Virus record (IMG/VR): IMGVR_UViG_3300036770_008686
Coordinates: 71,790 to 135,789 of that record
Origin: a virus
Length of the DNA: 64,000 bases
Direction: 5' to 3' (one strand)
The notes under the pieces were generated by a model. It was not told the origin of the DNA, searched no databases, and saw only the letters and a list, made by a program, of their open reading frames with translations. The number at the start of each line of letters is the position of its first letter. Within the stretch, counting starts at the first letter, position 1. Shown here in pieces: positions 8,826 through 18,471 of this stretch. Made by a program: the position numbers and the translations under genes.

Positions 8826-9344
8826 TTATTGTCCTTGAAAAAACCAATAGCCATAAACACAACGGGTTCCTCCCCTAGATGGGTCATGATTATCGTATAT
8901 AACCCCGTCAACTACAGCAACAAGATGCTTGCTTACACTAACCACAAGCCTCCCTGTGGGTAGTTCTTCTTTCTTGAGATGAACTTTACAACCACTTCCC
9001 ACAGCCATAGTCGGAACCCAAGTCCAACCTATGCTTTGCATATATTTTTTTATAGTTTGCTTATAAACGCCAGTGTTTGAACTACTTCTTTTTTTACCTT
9101 TTCTAGGGCGTTCGCTTTTAGCTAAATAATTCAAGGAATCATAAACTTCTTGGTAGTCTTTTTGAGTGGCTATGCTTATAGCTCTACAAACACAATCACC
9201 AGAATCTTTTGCTTTATACCCAGCATCAACTCTTCCGCCGTCTGTTATAATGATTTTCATAATTAAAAGTCTAATTGCAGAAGTTTTCAACCCTGCCACA
9301 TTGGCATTAAACTTTTCCTTGTGCCAATATGGCAGAAAAATCAC
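8826..9344 (-). CDS. conserved phage hypothetical protein
   Basis: TDGGR..AGY..GDCVCRAISIAT, HLVAVVDGVIYDNHD; alternative start at 9260. Confidence 0.75.
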   Translation of the reverse strand: MIFLPYWHKEKFNANVAGLKTSAIRLLIMKIIITDGGRVDAGYKAKDSGDCVCRAISIATQKDYQEVYDSLNYLAKSERPRKGKKRSSSNTGVYKQTIKKYMQSIGWTWVPTMAVGSGCKVHLKKEELPTGRLVVSVSKHLVAVVDGVIYDNHDPSRGGTRCVYGYWFFQGQ

Positions 9345-10675
9345 TCTTTAAACAATATTTCTTTTTCTCTTAATATCTGAACAACAGAGTTGTAGTGTTG
9401 TTTGTTCTTTACTGGGTGATTTTGTTTTTCAACAAACTGGATGATTCTGCCCCTAGAGACTTCTACGTTATAAAGCATTTGATTTGTGGCACAATCCATA
9501 ACAGCAAACACAGCAGTCTCTCCTTTCTTGACTTTTTGAGCATAGGTTGCAATGCAATTGCTCATTATGCTAGACCATTCTTTGAGGTCGTGACTACTGG
9601 TAGGTATTAAGAACCTAAGGTTACCAACCTCTAAATCATGCAATGCAAAAAGCTTTTCAAAATTAGTTTCTATAGAAAGAGAAATAGCAGGATCTTGCAA
9701 TCTCATGTATTCTCTTCTAACATAGTCGTAAATTTCTCTGCACGAAGTTGCTATCTCTATATTTTGAATATTGAAATTAAGACCAATCTTAATTTGACTA
9801 TAATATTCAGCGATGTCGATTAAAACATGATCATTTTCTGCACTTCTTAATAGATTTATTATCTTCTTTTGACTATATTTGCCATTCTTTTCGATACTAA
9901 AATCTTTTAGAAATTGGTTGATCTTAACATAGGCGTCCAAGCCAACGTTGTTTGTTGGAACTTTAAATGTTCCTTCCTCAATAAGACCGTATATATTGTC
10001 GGGTTGAAGAATATCTCTTAGTGCTTCGCCAACCAACAAAAAATTGTAATCGAAAAAGTTATTTTCTGGATTAAAAATATTTTTAATAGCAAACTTTTTA
10101 AGCTTTTTGGCAGTAAAACCAAAAGATTCAACAAGTATATCGTCGAGAGATTTTCTACTTCTAAAAAGCTCCAAATACTTGTTTGGACAATTGGCCACAT
10201 TGTAAAAATGAATATTACTCTGGCCAATATTTTTCTTGTTTAATATACTAATGCTTTGATCTATAGAAGAGTCAAAATAAACAAGATAAAAGCCATCCTC
10301 AGTAATTGGATACGCATTTTTTTGAATAAGAGCATGAAGCATTTCACCAGCAGAATCATTATCCATTCTGGTCTTCATGTTGAACCAGAAATTAAAGAGA
10401 CTTTTGAATACCCAGTTATCCTCTTTAATAGCTAGGAACTGGTTTCCTAAGATAGAAGGAATAGGTTCGTCTTTGTAACAAACAAGGCCGTCTCTTACCA
10501 CAAAGCCATCTTTGTTAAGATTTTTTGAAGGATCTATTTCTGACTCTATAGAGTCATACTTTTTTTCGCTGATTAGCTTTTTAATTTTTTCGTATCTATA
10601 GTCATCTTTGCTTATAGTGTAAGTCTTACCAGAAAAATTTACTATAATAGAATTTTTTAATATATAGTACTTCAT
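9341..10675 (-). CDS. rIIB-like N-terminal half fused to a PcfJ-like C-terminal domain
   Basis: SLFNFW..EMLHALIQKNAYPITEDGFYLVY (rIIB-like); DLKEWSSIMSNCIATYA..YNVEV..IIQF (PcfJ-like). Confidence 0.7.
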   Translation of the reverse strand: MKYYILKNSIIVNFSGKTYTISKDDYRYEKIKKLISEKKYDSIESEIDPSKNLNKDGFVVRDGLVCYKDEPIPSILGNQFLAIKEDNWVFKSLFNFWFNMKTRMDNDSAGEMLHALIQKNAYPITEDGFYLVYFDSSIDQSISILNKKNIGQSNIHFYNVANCPNKYLELFRSRKSLDDILVESFGFTAKKLKKFAIKNIFNPENNFFDYNFLLVGEALRDILQPDNIYGLIEEGTFKVPTNNVGLDAYVKINQFLKDFSIEKNGKYSQKKIINLLRSAENDHVLIDIAEYYSQIKIGLNFNIQNIEIATSCREIYDYVRREYMRLQDPAISLSIETNFEKLFALHDLEVGNLRFLIPTSSHDLKEWSSIMSNCIATYAQKVKKGETAVFAVMDCATNQMLYNVEVSRGRIIQFVEKQNHPVKNKQHYNSVVQILREKEILFKE

Positions 10676-10965
10676 TTATCTAAGCCTTTGTACTTAATAT
10701 ACAATAGTATTTCGTTTTTGAAATCCTCTTCTTTAAAGAGTCTTGCAAAATCTCTCAATCCAAAAAGTAATTTATACTTTTCTTGTATTTTATTAAAATC
10801 TTTATTTATTTGTTCAACAAGCTTTTCGACTATATCTAATTGCTCAAAAATATCTTCAAAATCTTGATTGCCCGAAACCTCTTTTCTAAGACTAGATTTC
10901 AAGTACTGGACGAGTTCTGCTTTATAGGCGTTTGAGTAATCAGAGTTAGAATTTAAAGCATACAT
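10672..10965 (-). CDS. hypothetical helical protein between rIIA and rIIB-like genes
   Basis: ORF coupled on both sides. Confidence 0.65.
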   Translation of the reverse strand: MYALNSNSDYSNAYKAELVQYLKSSLRKEVSGNQDFEDIFEQLDIVEKLVEQINKDFNKIQEKYKLLFGLRDFARLFKEEDFKNEILLYIKYKGLDK

Positions 10966-13172
10966 TATCGGTTCGACCTACTCTTACTGTTTATGTAGAA
11001 AATAATTTCTTTGATCATGGTATCATCTCTTCTATTGCCATAATTAAATGAATAGCTATAGCTGTGAAATTGGGAAAGATGCTTAATTAAAGGATACTTT
11101 TCCAGTATGCTTTGCTTAAGTTGCTCTATTTTATCTTTCTGCAATTTAGCTTTGCTAAAAGCTTCATACAAGTCTAATATTCTTTCGGGAATATCAACAT
11201 GGTTATTTGCGTTATTTTGTTTCTGAGGAATTGCTGAGAAATATTTTTTAATATTTTCGCAAACAATTTCTCCAACATATTTTCTTAAAACCTCTAAGGA
11301 GCCATCTTCAGTATTGTTGAAGTGATTTCTGATTACATCGTCCGAAATCTGTATATGCTGAGGAAAGTTCTCGATTAGGGTGCAATATTCTATGGTGTTG
11401 TCCAGCAAACAAAGAACTTCATATTCTTTTTTACTACACTTCACAACCTCCATATTTTTGCCCTGACTGTATATGAACTTAAGATTTTGATAAAAATCAG
11501 AGTTATCAAGTTCATACATGGGATCGCTACTAAAGGGAACTATTACATAGGTCTTTTCTGATTCAACAAGTTCTTCTAAACTAATATCAACCTTAGAATC
11601 AACTTCTACTTTGTTAGAGTATCTTTGACCATTAGGAATAAGCTTCCTCAAAGTAACACTGCCGGCTTCTTTTTTGGGTTTAGCCGGAGTTTTTGCAACC
11701 TCTACTTCAGATATATACCTTGCTTTAACAAAGTTAACAAAAGGAACGGGATTTGCAATCCTATTAATATAGTAAACGGTTCCAGGATATGACCCATTTA
11801 CACTATCGGGTTGTCTTGCAAGAAGAATGCTTCTAATTTTTTCTTTAAAAGCAAGCTCTGAAATAAAATTGGCTGGCAAATCGTTAATTACAAAGAATAT
11901 GTCATTTATGTCTCTATTGCTAATGTTGATAATTGCATTGTCTGTTCTTTTCAGAACATGCCTAGACTTTTGCTTGTCAAGAAAAAATTGACTAACTTCA
12001 TTTATGGAGGGAGAAGTAAGTTGTCCGTTCTTAACACTATACTTTATACCATCTTTAGTGAAAGTACATTCTTCATTGTTTCTTGCAAAATTTTCATCTT
12101 TGAAACCGGGCACTTGATTAAGATGAAAAATTTGTTTGCACTTATTGATCTTTTCAACATATTCAGTTATAGAAGTAGGCTCTGCTTTGAAAAAGTTGTT
12201 TACGTGATCTGCCAAAAGAGAATTTACATCTTTACAAAGCTGATTTACTTTGGCTTTGCTACTATCCTTATCAGATATACTCTCTCTAGTAGCACTAACT
12301 TCCAGAACACCATTATCTACTTCAATAAAATTGATAGAATTAGGAGCAGAAGTAGAGTTTCTAAGTTTCTCAACTTCTGGGCATTCTCTTAAAAATTTGT
12401 TGATACTATAAGGAATTTTGTCAATTAAAACAAAAATTTCTGCATTGTGTGCATCGAACAGTCTCTTAACAAGATCTGTTTTGTTCAGCAAAAGCCAATT
12501 CTTTTCTTTTGCTATAATATTTGTTTCTAAGTTAGTGTAGTCCTTTGGAATCTCAATTTCGGTAATACCCTTGAGGTCGGGCTTTACATCCCAAAAGAAT
12601 GTACAACGATAAACTGCATTTACAAAGAATTCAATATCGGACTCTTTAACTGGTATTTGTATTTCTACGCCATTTTTCTCAGACGTATTTTCCTCGTTTA
12701 TAAGCTCAAGAGTGCCATTGCTATTCTTACCTGTATGGGCGGCATAGGTTCGAGCGACACCATCATGGTAGCTAACAACAACAAAGCTGTCTGTGTATGC
12801 CCAAGCACTTTTTGCACCAATACCAAACCCACCAGTTTGGATGTTATCTTTTCTTTTTGTGCTACTTCCATAGTTCACAAAAACATCTTTTACCCTATCA
12901 GGGCTTAATCCAACCCCATAGTCTCTAATCTTAAGTGTGCTTTCCAACTTAGTAGGCAATGTGACACAAAGAGGGGTGTTTTCTCTTCCAGCCTCTCTGT
13001 GACTATCTCTGCCGTTGCACAAGTATTCTTGTGTAAGGGTCCTAATTGGATTAGAGTAAAGCCTATTTCTTAGAATGTCAATAATGGTGCTAACATCACC
13101 AATTCCGAAATCCATGCTTTGCATGTCAGAGTTGTTTGTATCAACATTACTATGTTCGGTATTTATTTTCAC
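10965..13172 (-). CDS. rIIA: rIIA-like GHKL (HATPase_c) protein
   Basis: LRNRLYSNPIRTLTQEYLCNGRDSH, IRDYGVGLS, SSTKRKDNIQTGGFGIGAKS; followed by an rIIB-like gene. Confidence 0.85.
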   Translation of the reverse strand: MKINTEHSNVDTNNSDMQSMDFGIGDVSTIIDILRNRLYSNPIRTLTQEYLCNGRDSHREAGRENTPLCVTLPTKLESTLKIRDYGVGLSPDRVKDVFVNYGSSTKRKDNIQTGGFGIGAKSAWAYTDSFVVVSYHDGVARTYAAHTGKNSNGTLELINEENTSEKNGVEIQIPVKESDIEFFVNAVYRCTFFWDVKPDLKGITEIEIPKDYTNLETNIIAKEKNWLLLNKTDLVKRLFDAHNAEIFVLIDKIPYSINKFLRECPEVEKLRNSTSAPNSINFIEVDNGVLEVSATRESISDKDSSKAKVNQLCKDVNSLLADHVNNFFKAEPTSITEYVEKINKCKQIFHLNQVPGFKDENFARNNEECTFTKDGIKYSVKNGQLTSPSINEVSQFFLDKQKSRHVLKRTDNAIINISNRDINDIFFVINDLPANFISELAFKEKIRSILLARQPDSVNGSYPGTVYYINRIANPVPFVNFVKARYISEVEVAKTPAKPKKEAGSVTLRKLIPNGQRYSNKVEVDSKVDISLEELVESEKTYVIVPFSSDPMYELDNSDFYQNLKFIYSQGKNMEVVKCSKKEYEVLCLLDNTIEYCTLIENFPQHIQISDDVIRNHFNNTEDGSLEVLRKYVGEIVCENIKKYFSAIPQKQNNANNHVDIPERILDLYEAFSKAKLQKDKIEQLKQSILEKYPLIKHLSQFHSYSYSFNYGNRRDDTMIKEIIFYINSKSRSNR

Positions 13173-13214
13173 TTTTATATCCTTTGTTTTATTGTTTGCG
13201 AATCAAATCTTTCA

Positions 13215-13221
13215 CGTACCG
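13215..13221 (-). promoter_or_regulatory. CGGTACG motif, copy 3
   Basis: 43 nt upstream of the rIIA GTG. Confidence 0.6.
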
Positions 13222-13302
13222 AGTGAGAGGATTTTATTTTTTTTAAATTTCCTCAAACACCATTATAGCGAATCCTCGAGTTTTTTGTTTTCAAATAAAA
13301 AC

Positions 13303-13330
13303 TTGATTTTATTTTTTTGTAAATTATAAT
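13303..13330 (+). promoter_or_regulatory. sigma70-like promoter
   Basis: TTGATT-16 nt-TATAAT, 30 nt before the ATG at 13361. Confidence 0.5.
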
Positions 13331-13360
13331 AAGAAGGGGCTAAGAAATAAAAAAACAAAA

Positions 13361-13786
13361 ATGAAAAAACTAAACAACAAAGAACTAGAGAGCTTTGCAA
13401 AAGAAATAAGAAAAGTAATATTCAAAAACTTAAAAGAAGAAGAAGATGAAAAACAAATCAAAAATTTAGAATTAAAAAGAGTTCACAATATAATACTTGA
13501 AAAATTGAAAAAAGTAAAATTATTTAATAAAAACATGGAAGAAATATTAACAGTAAATGAGTCTGTGCTTATAATCAAAAATTATGCCGAACGTGCAGAT
13601 GAAAACACTTGGTTGATAAACGACTCAGAAAAAACTTGTGCCAAAATTGCACAAGATATTTTCTCAAGAATTATCAATAACACTTTATCTAAATTAAGCA
13701 GCGAAGGACTATTAGAATGTCACTATGATTCAGAAGAAAATGACTTTATATTTAATGTTAAAGAAACCAAAGAAACTACTGACTAA
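13361..13786 (+). CDS. hypothetical protein
   Basis: ORF track, 141 aa. Confidence 0.7.
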   Translation: MKKLNNKELESFAKEIRKVIFKNLKEEEDEKQIKNLELKRVHNIILEKLKKVKLFNKNMEEILTVNESVLIIKNYAERADENTWLINDSEKTCAKIAQDIFSRIINNTLSKLSSEGLLECHYDSEENDFIFNVKETKETTD

Positions 13787-14786
13787 TAATTTCCATACAT
13801 TCTTCTGTCTCGTTTTCAAATAACTTTTCAAAAAAGTTTTCAATAGAATCCGGGTCTAACAAACTAATTTTCATAACATACTCTGGTATGGTTTCTTTGG
13901 TTTCTTCTTTATAATGCTTGTAAAAAGAAAGAAGTCTTCTCCAAACTTCTGAACTAATTTGTATGTATCTTGGTTCATCCACTCTTTTATCACTAAACTG
14001 ATAAACTAATTCGAGAGTCTCGGCTGGAATGTTCTGCAGCCCATGCAAGCAAATGCACTCCATTCCACCTTTAACCATTTCTTGGCATAAAACAACAAAA
14101 GTTTTGGCGTTGCATACGACTTTTGGGTTTTCGCTTCCCTCTTCATATTCTACTTTGGAGCTACCAATGGCAATGTTTCCAGAAAAATCTTCATCAGAGA
14201 CAAATCTTGAATAATCTATCTTCCAGTAAGAACTAACAGTTCCCACGCTAAGAGAATCATAAAGAGGAATAATGTCGGGAATTATCTTTTGTAGTTCGTC
14301 CTTGACCAAATGATGCAAGGTATAAAAAGCATGTATGCTAGCACCCTGTATAATGCAGTTTAGCAATATTCTCTTGTTAATTAACTTTTGAGTCTCTTTG
14401 TCTAGATTGCTATAGGCAACCTTTTCCTTGTTTTCGGTTTTGTTAAGATCTACATCATCTCCATTTAGATCAACATCTAAAATGTCTTCTGGTATTCCAA
14501 AAGACTCATAGACTGCTTTTTTGGCCAGTTTCTCAAGTTCTTCTTTGTGGCCGAACTCTTTTTCAATTATATTGTGAAAAACTTGGCTTTGATAAGAAAT
14601 ATCAGTATTAATTCCAAGCTTTTCAGATCTTTCTTTTACGAAATCGTATGAATTTTTACTTAAATTGTTTCCAAAATAAACAAGATTACGATTTTTCTTA
14701 AACACATGAAAGGGAGAATCGCCTTTACGGAGATTCAACCAAAAGTTTCTAATACCAGGATTAACATGCAGACTATTTTCGTACAT
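13776..14786 (-). CDS. conserved large-phage hypothetical protein
   Basis: 336 aa; KRILLNCIIQGAS, LCQEMVKGGME. Confidence 0.75.
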   Translation of the reverse strand: MYENSLHVNPGIRNFWLNLRKGDSPFHVFKKNRNLVYFGNNLSKNSYDFVKERSEKLGINTDISYQSQVFHNIIEKEFGHKEELEKLAKKAVYESFGIPEDILDVDLNGDDVDLNKTENKEKVAYSNLDKETQKLINKRILLNCIIQGASIHAFYTLHHLVKDELQKIIPDIIPLYDSLSVGTVSSYWKIDYSRFVSDEDFSGNIAIGSSKVEYEEGSENPKVVCNAKTFVVLCQEMVKGGMECICLHGLQNIPAETLELVYQFSDKRVDEPRYIQISSEVWRRLLSFYKHYKEETKETIPEYVMKISLLDPDSIENFFEKLFENETEECMEIISQ

Positions 14787-14895
14787 TTTTAGGCTCAGGC
14801 ATCACAGAAGGTTTTGGACTCTTAAATGGATCTTGTTTAGGAGGACTCTTTTCAGGAGTTTTTACAGGCGTTTTTACTGGCATTGTTGTGGGCAT
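14773..14895 (-). CDS. 40-aa Pro/Lys/Thr-rich peptide
   Basis: MPTTMPVKTPVKTPEKSPPKQDPFKSPKP after a GGAG RBS. Confidence 0.5.
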   Translation of the reverse strand: MPTTMPVKTPVKTPEKSPPKQDPFKSPKPSVMPEPKNVRK

Positions 14896-14920
14896 TTTAT
14901 TTTCTCCGATGGACCAAAAA

Positions 14921-14927
14921 CGTACCG
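14921..14927 (-). promoter_or_regulatory. CGGTACG motif, copy 4
   Basis: 26 nt upstream of the ATG at 14895. Confidence 0.6.
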
Positions 14928-14956
14928 AGTTTATTTTTTTATTTTTAGTCAAATAA

Positions 14957-15002
14957 GCCACAACCCTCTTTAGGTGTTAACTTCTCTAAAGAGGGTTGTG
15001 GC
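14957..15002 (-). terminator. intrinsic terminator
   Basis: perfect 17-bp inverted repeat gccacaaccctctttag/ctaaagagggttgtggc just after the HTH gene stop. Confidence 0.8.
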
Positions 15003-15013
15003 AAAAGAACAAA

Positions 15014-15265
15014 CTATTTATTTTTCTTTAGGGTCTCTAATATTTTTTTTGCTTTTTCTACAATATTAGATTCTCTTCCCTTAGAAAAACTTCTTAGTTC
15101 AACTCCGCCTTTTTTAAGTTTATTAGCACGTATACTCACCGCACTGGGTTTAATTCCAAGAAAATTCGCAACGTCAGACACTTTCGCAAAGCTCTCATTT
15201 TGATATGCCTCGAGAAATTTTTCAAGAGAAACATTCTTCTTACCAGACTTTTTTGTAGTAGCCAT
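15014..15265 (-). CDS. small helix-turn-helix DNA-binding protein
   Basis: KVSDVANFLGIKPSAVSIRANKLKKGGVELRSF; RBS AAAGGAAAG; upstream TTGACA..TAGTAT. Confidence 0.75.
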   Translation of the reverse strand: MATTKKSGKKNVSLEKFLEAYQNESFAKVSDVANFLGIKPSAVSIRANKLKKGGVELRSFSKGRESNIVEKAKKILETLKKNK

Positions 15266-15383
15266 TTCAACGCTTTCCTTTTTCTAGGGAACTTGTTCAC
15301 AACGTGTGAACTCAAAAAATACTATGCTTGGGTCCCGTAATGTCAAGCGATAAAAATATTTTATTTTTTATATATAAAATTGT

Positions 15384-16121
15384 ATGTTTAAATCTTTTGT
15401 TCTTAAGAAAAAAATTAAAAAAATTAAAAATGCAATAAAAAACTTAAGCTTAGAAACAATAAGTGAAAAAGTAGACATCAATATAGTAAAAGATATATGG
15501 AAAGACAACAAAGTAATATATTGGTTAAAATCTAATGGAATAGAAATAGTTACGCCACCTCCATATTCACTTGGAGGAAGTGGAATTGCCTATTTTTTAC
15601 CAAATAACATGGTTGTAAAAATAACAGATGATATAGTAGAAGCAAATGTAGCAAAGATGCTTATAAAATCTAAAATAAAACATACAATGATAGATGTTGT
15701 TAAAATTAATAACTTATATTTAATACTTCAACAAAAGTTAGACTTAAAAAAAACTTCAGAAGATATGAAAACAGCAGCCGATCTAGTTACCGTTATGATA
15801 GACGACAACTCCTTAGAAGAGTTTCCTGATAACAAAGAACTACTAAAAAATATGTGTATAAAAACAATAAAAGAAAACAACTTTCCAATTTCTATTCTAG
15901 ATAAAATGCTTTTAATAATTGATACTCTAAAAGAGATAGAAAAAACAACAGGATATTTTCATGACGATGCAGGTCCTACAAACATAGGAACAAAAGATGG
16001 CAAAACATATGTTTTTGACTTAGGTCCAAATAAAACAAAAAGCTACAACCCTATGGAAAGGATTAAAAAAATAAAAACAAAAAGAGAAAAGTTAGGATTA
16101 AGCGATCACGAATTTGAGTAA
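15384..16121 (+). CDS. protein-kinase-fold enzyme
   Basis: LGGSGIAY (Gly loop), VVKIT, FHDDAGPTN (HxDxxxxN), VFDLG. Confidence 0.75.
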   Translation: MFKSFVLKKKIKKIKNAIKNLSLETISEKVDINIVKDIWKDNKVIYWLKSNGIEIVTPPPYSLGGSGIAYFLPNNMVVKITDDIVEANVAKMLIKSKIKHTMIDVVKINNLYLILQQKLDLKKTSEDMKTAADLVTVMIDDNSLEEFPDNKELLKNMCIKTIKENNFPISILDKMLLIIDTLKEIEKTTGYFHDDAGPTNIGTKDGKTYVFDLGPNKTKSYNPMERIKKIKTKREKLGLSDHEFE

Positions 16122-17084
16122 TTTTTCAAATAAATAATTCAAGTAGTTTTCTACTTTGGAATTCTCTTCTGCACGTATAATAAATTTTATAATCTGCTCT
16201 GAGCTAAAGTAGCTATTAGCAGTAGTATTAAAATCAAAAAAATAAAATAAATTCGATATTTTTTCAAAGTTATTGCTTGGTTTAATATTCAATTTTGTTT
16301 TAGGCAAAATACTAGATTTTAAAGAGTTTATCTTCTGCTCGGGGCATAAGAATTTTTCAAAATATTTTAAGCATGCACATCTTTCAAGATATCTTATATG
16401 AAAACTATTACCTAAACTTTTTTTTGACGAATTTTTTTCATGATAATAAACTCTATTTTTTATCATTCCTCCTTTTCCAAGTTCATTGTCACAAATTGTA
16501 ATACCAACAATATTATCTTCACAACCCCAACCTTCTTTATCGAATGGAGTAAACTCTGGAAAAGGGGATTCTAATAAGACATTCTTTTTGAAAATTCCAT
16601 ATTGGGTTAATGCTATTTTGTTTTGACTAATTTTATTTTTTTTTAAACAAAGGTTACGATTATCTTTTGAATATAAAAGGCAAACGTCTTTTAAAGATAT
16701 CTCTTTTTCAAGAGTAGTAGAAAAAGAATAATTTTTTGTATAATTTTTATAATCATATCCTAAATATGCGAAATCATTATTATTAGCCATAAATTTATAC
16801 ATACACTCAATAGAATTTATTATAGGAACTATATCGGCATCCAACAACAAAACGTAATCATGCAAAGAGTGTCTAACCATATAGTTTCTTGCAAAAGATA
16901 TACCTGTATTTGTTTTGCTTAGTGTTTTTTGAATGTCTAGTTTATCCAGATACTCAGTCGAACCATCGTTAGAATTTTGGTCGTAAACAATAATTTCATT
17001 TTCAATTTTTAGTTTTGATAATATCTCTATTGTTTTTTTTAATGTATTTAAACAATTCCAACTCAGTATACATATACTTACCAT
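16098..17084 (-). CDS. glycosyltransferase family 2
   Basis: VSICILSWN, VYDQNSNDGS, GISFARN, LLLDADIV, GWGCED. Confidence 0.9.
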   Translation of the reverse strand: MVSICILSWNCLNTLKKTIEILSKLKIENEIIVYDQNSNDGSTEYLDKLDIQKTLSKTNTGISFARNYMVRHSLHDYVLLLDADIVPIINSIECMYKFMANNNDFAYLGYDYKNYTKNYSFSTTLEKEISLKDVCLLYSKDNRNLCLKKNKISQNKIALTQYGIFKKNVLLESPFPEFTPFDKEGWGCEDNIVGITICDNELGKGGMIKNRVYYHEKNSSKKSLGNSFHIRYLERCACLKYFEKFLCPEQKINSLKSSILPKTKLNIKPSNNFEKISNLFYFFDFNTTANSYFSSEQIIKFIIRAEENSKVENYLNYLFEKLLKFVIA

Positions 17085-17102
17085 TTACGTTATAATATAG
17101 TC

Positions 17103-17702
17103 ATGATTATTCATAAAAACAAAATTATTTTTATTCACATACCAAAAACAGCAGGCTTCTCGATAGAAAAATTTCTATATGGAAGAGAACTAGATTCATC
17201 TTTTTTTTATGAAGATATAGTGTATGGCTTAAAAGATGGAAAATACACACAGCACCTAGAATATAGTAGTATCAAAAATTACTACAAAGGCAAAGAAAAT
17301 ATAGAAAAGTATTTTAAATTCACATTTGTTAGGAACACATGGGACAGGCTGTTAAGTGCTTATTCCTATTTAAATCCAAATCCAAATAAAGAAAGTTTTT
17401 GTAATTATTTAAAGAAAAAATGTAAAAATTTATATAGAATGAGCGAATGTGATCACTATAATAATCAAATAAGATATATTTTTAATAATAATCAAAAATT
17501 TTTAGATTTTATAGGATTATTTGAAAACATACAAGAAGATTTTAAAAATCTATGTAATAAAATTAATATTGAGTATAAACCATTACCAATAATTAACAGC
17601 TCTAAAAGAAAAGATTATAAAGAATATTATGACGAAGAAACGATAAATATTGTTAAGGAAACTTACAAAGAAGAAATAGAATACTTTGATTTTAAATTTT
17701 AA
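17103..17702 (+). CDS. carbohydrate sulfotransferase (Sulfotransfer_2 type)
   Basis: 5'PSB IFIHIPKTAGFSIE; 3'PB FTFVRNTWDRLLSAY. Confidence 0.9.
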   Translation: MIIHKNKIIFIHIPKTAGFSIEKFLYGRELDSSFFYEDIVYGLKDGKYTQHLEYSSIKNYYKGKENIEKYFKFTFVRNTWDRLLSAYSYLNPNPNKESFCNYLKKKCKNLYRMSECDHYNNQIRYIFNNNQKFLDFIGLFENIQEDFKNLCNKINIEYKPLPIINSSKRKDYKEYYDEETINIVKETYKEEIEYFDFKF

Positions 17703-17730
17703 AAAAGAAAAACAAGGAGGTTTTAAAAAA

Positions 17731-18471
17731 ATGAAAATACTAGCTTACTATACTCATGGGTTTTCAAATGAATTTTTACCCATACTAAGACTATCAATAA
17801 GAAGCTTGAGAAAGTACAACAAGATAGACACCTTAGTATTATGTGATGAGCAATTTGAAAAAGATTGTAAGGCAATGGGAGGAATAGAAACTTTAAGCTT
17901 AAAAAATTCAAAAAAACCCGAGGATGCTTCAATGCACAAACTATCTGTTTTTTCTTTTGAAGAAATAAAAAATTACGATAAAGTAATTTTTATAGATAGC
18001 GACATAATAATAGATGTTAAATTAAATAAAATAATAGAAAAATGTTTAGATGAACAAAAACTATACGCTTGCTCAGAATCAAATGATATCTCTTTACACA
18101 GAAATTTATATTGGTCGCTAGAAAACTACACAGAAAAAGAAATGGAATTTTTTAAAAAAAATAAAATTTATGTATTTAATGCAGGGTGTTTTGTATTTAC
18201 TCCAAATCAAGAATTTAAAACACACTTTCAAGAAATAAAAAATATTATAAAAGAACATAAAGGAAGCTACTTTTATGAACAATCATTTATGAATTTTTAT
18301 TTTAATAAAAAAAATCTAGTAGACTACTCTGTTTTAAATGAAAAAAACTATATATTGCATGCGAATGGAGATAAAAAATATAGAAATTCAATAGTGCACT
18401 TTTGTGGAAATCCTGGGGTTGCGGCAAACAAATTAGAAAGAATGAAAAAATATTTATCTACAATAAAATGA
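17731..18471 (+). CDS. glycosyltransferase family 8
   Basis: KVIFIDSDII, FNAGCF, EQSFMN, IVHFCG; RBS AAGGAGG. Confidence 0.85.
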   Translation: MKILAYYTHGFSNEFLPILRLSIRSLRKYNKIDTLVLCDEQFEKDCKAMGGIETLSLKNSKKPEDASMHKLSVFSFEEIKNYDKVIFIDSDIIIDVKLNKIIEKCLDEQKLYACSESNDISLHRNLYWSLENYTEKEMEFFKKNKIYVFNAGCFVFTPNQEFKTHFQEIKNIIKEHKGSYFYEQSFMNFYFNKKNLVDYSVLNEKNYILHANGDKKYRNSIVHFCGNPGVAANKLERMKKYLSTIK

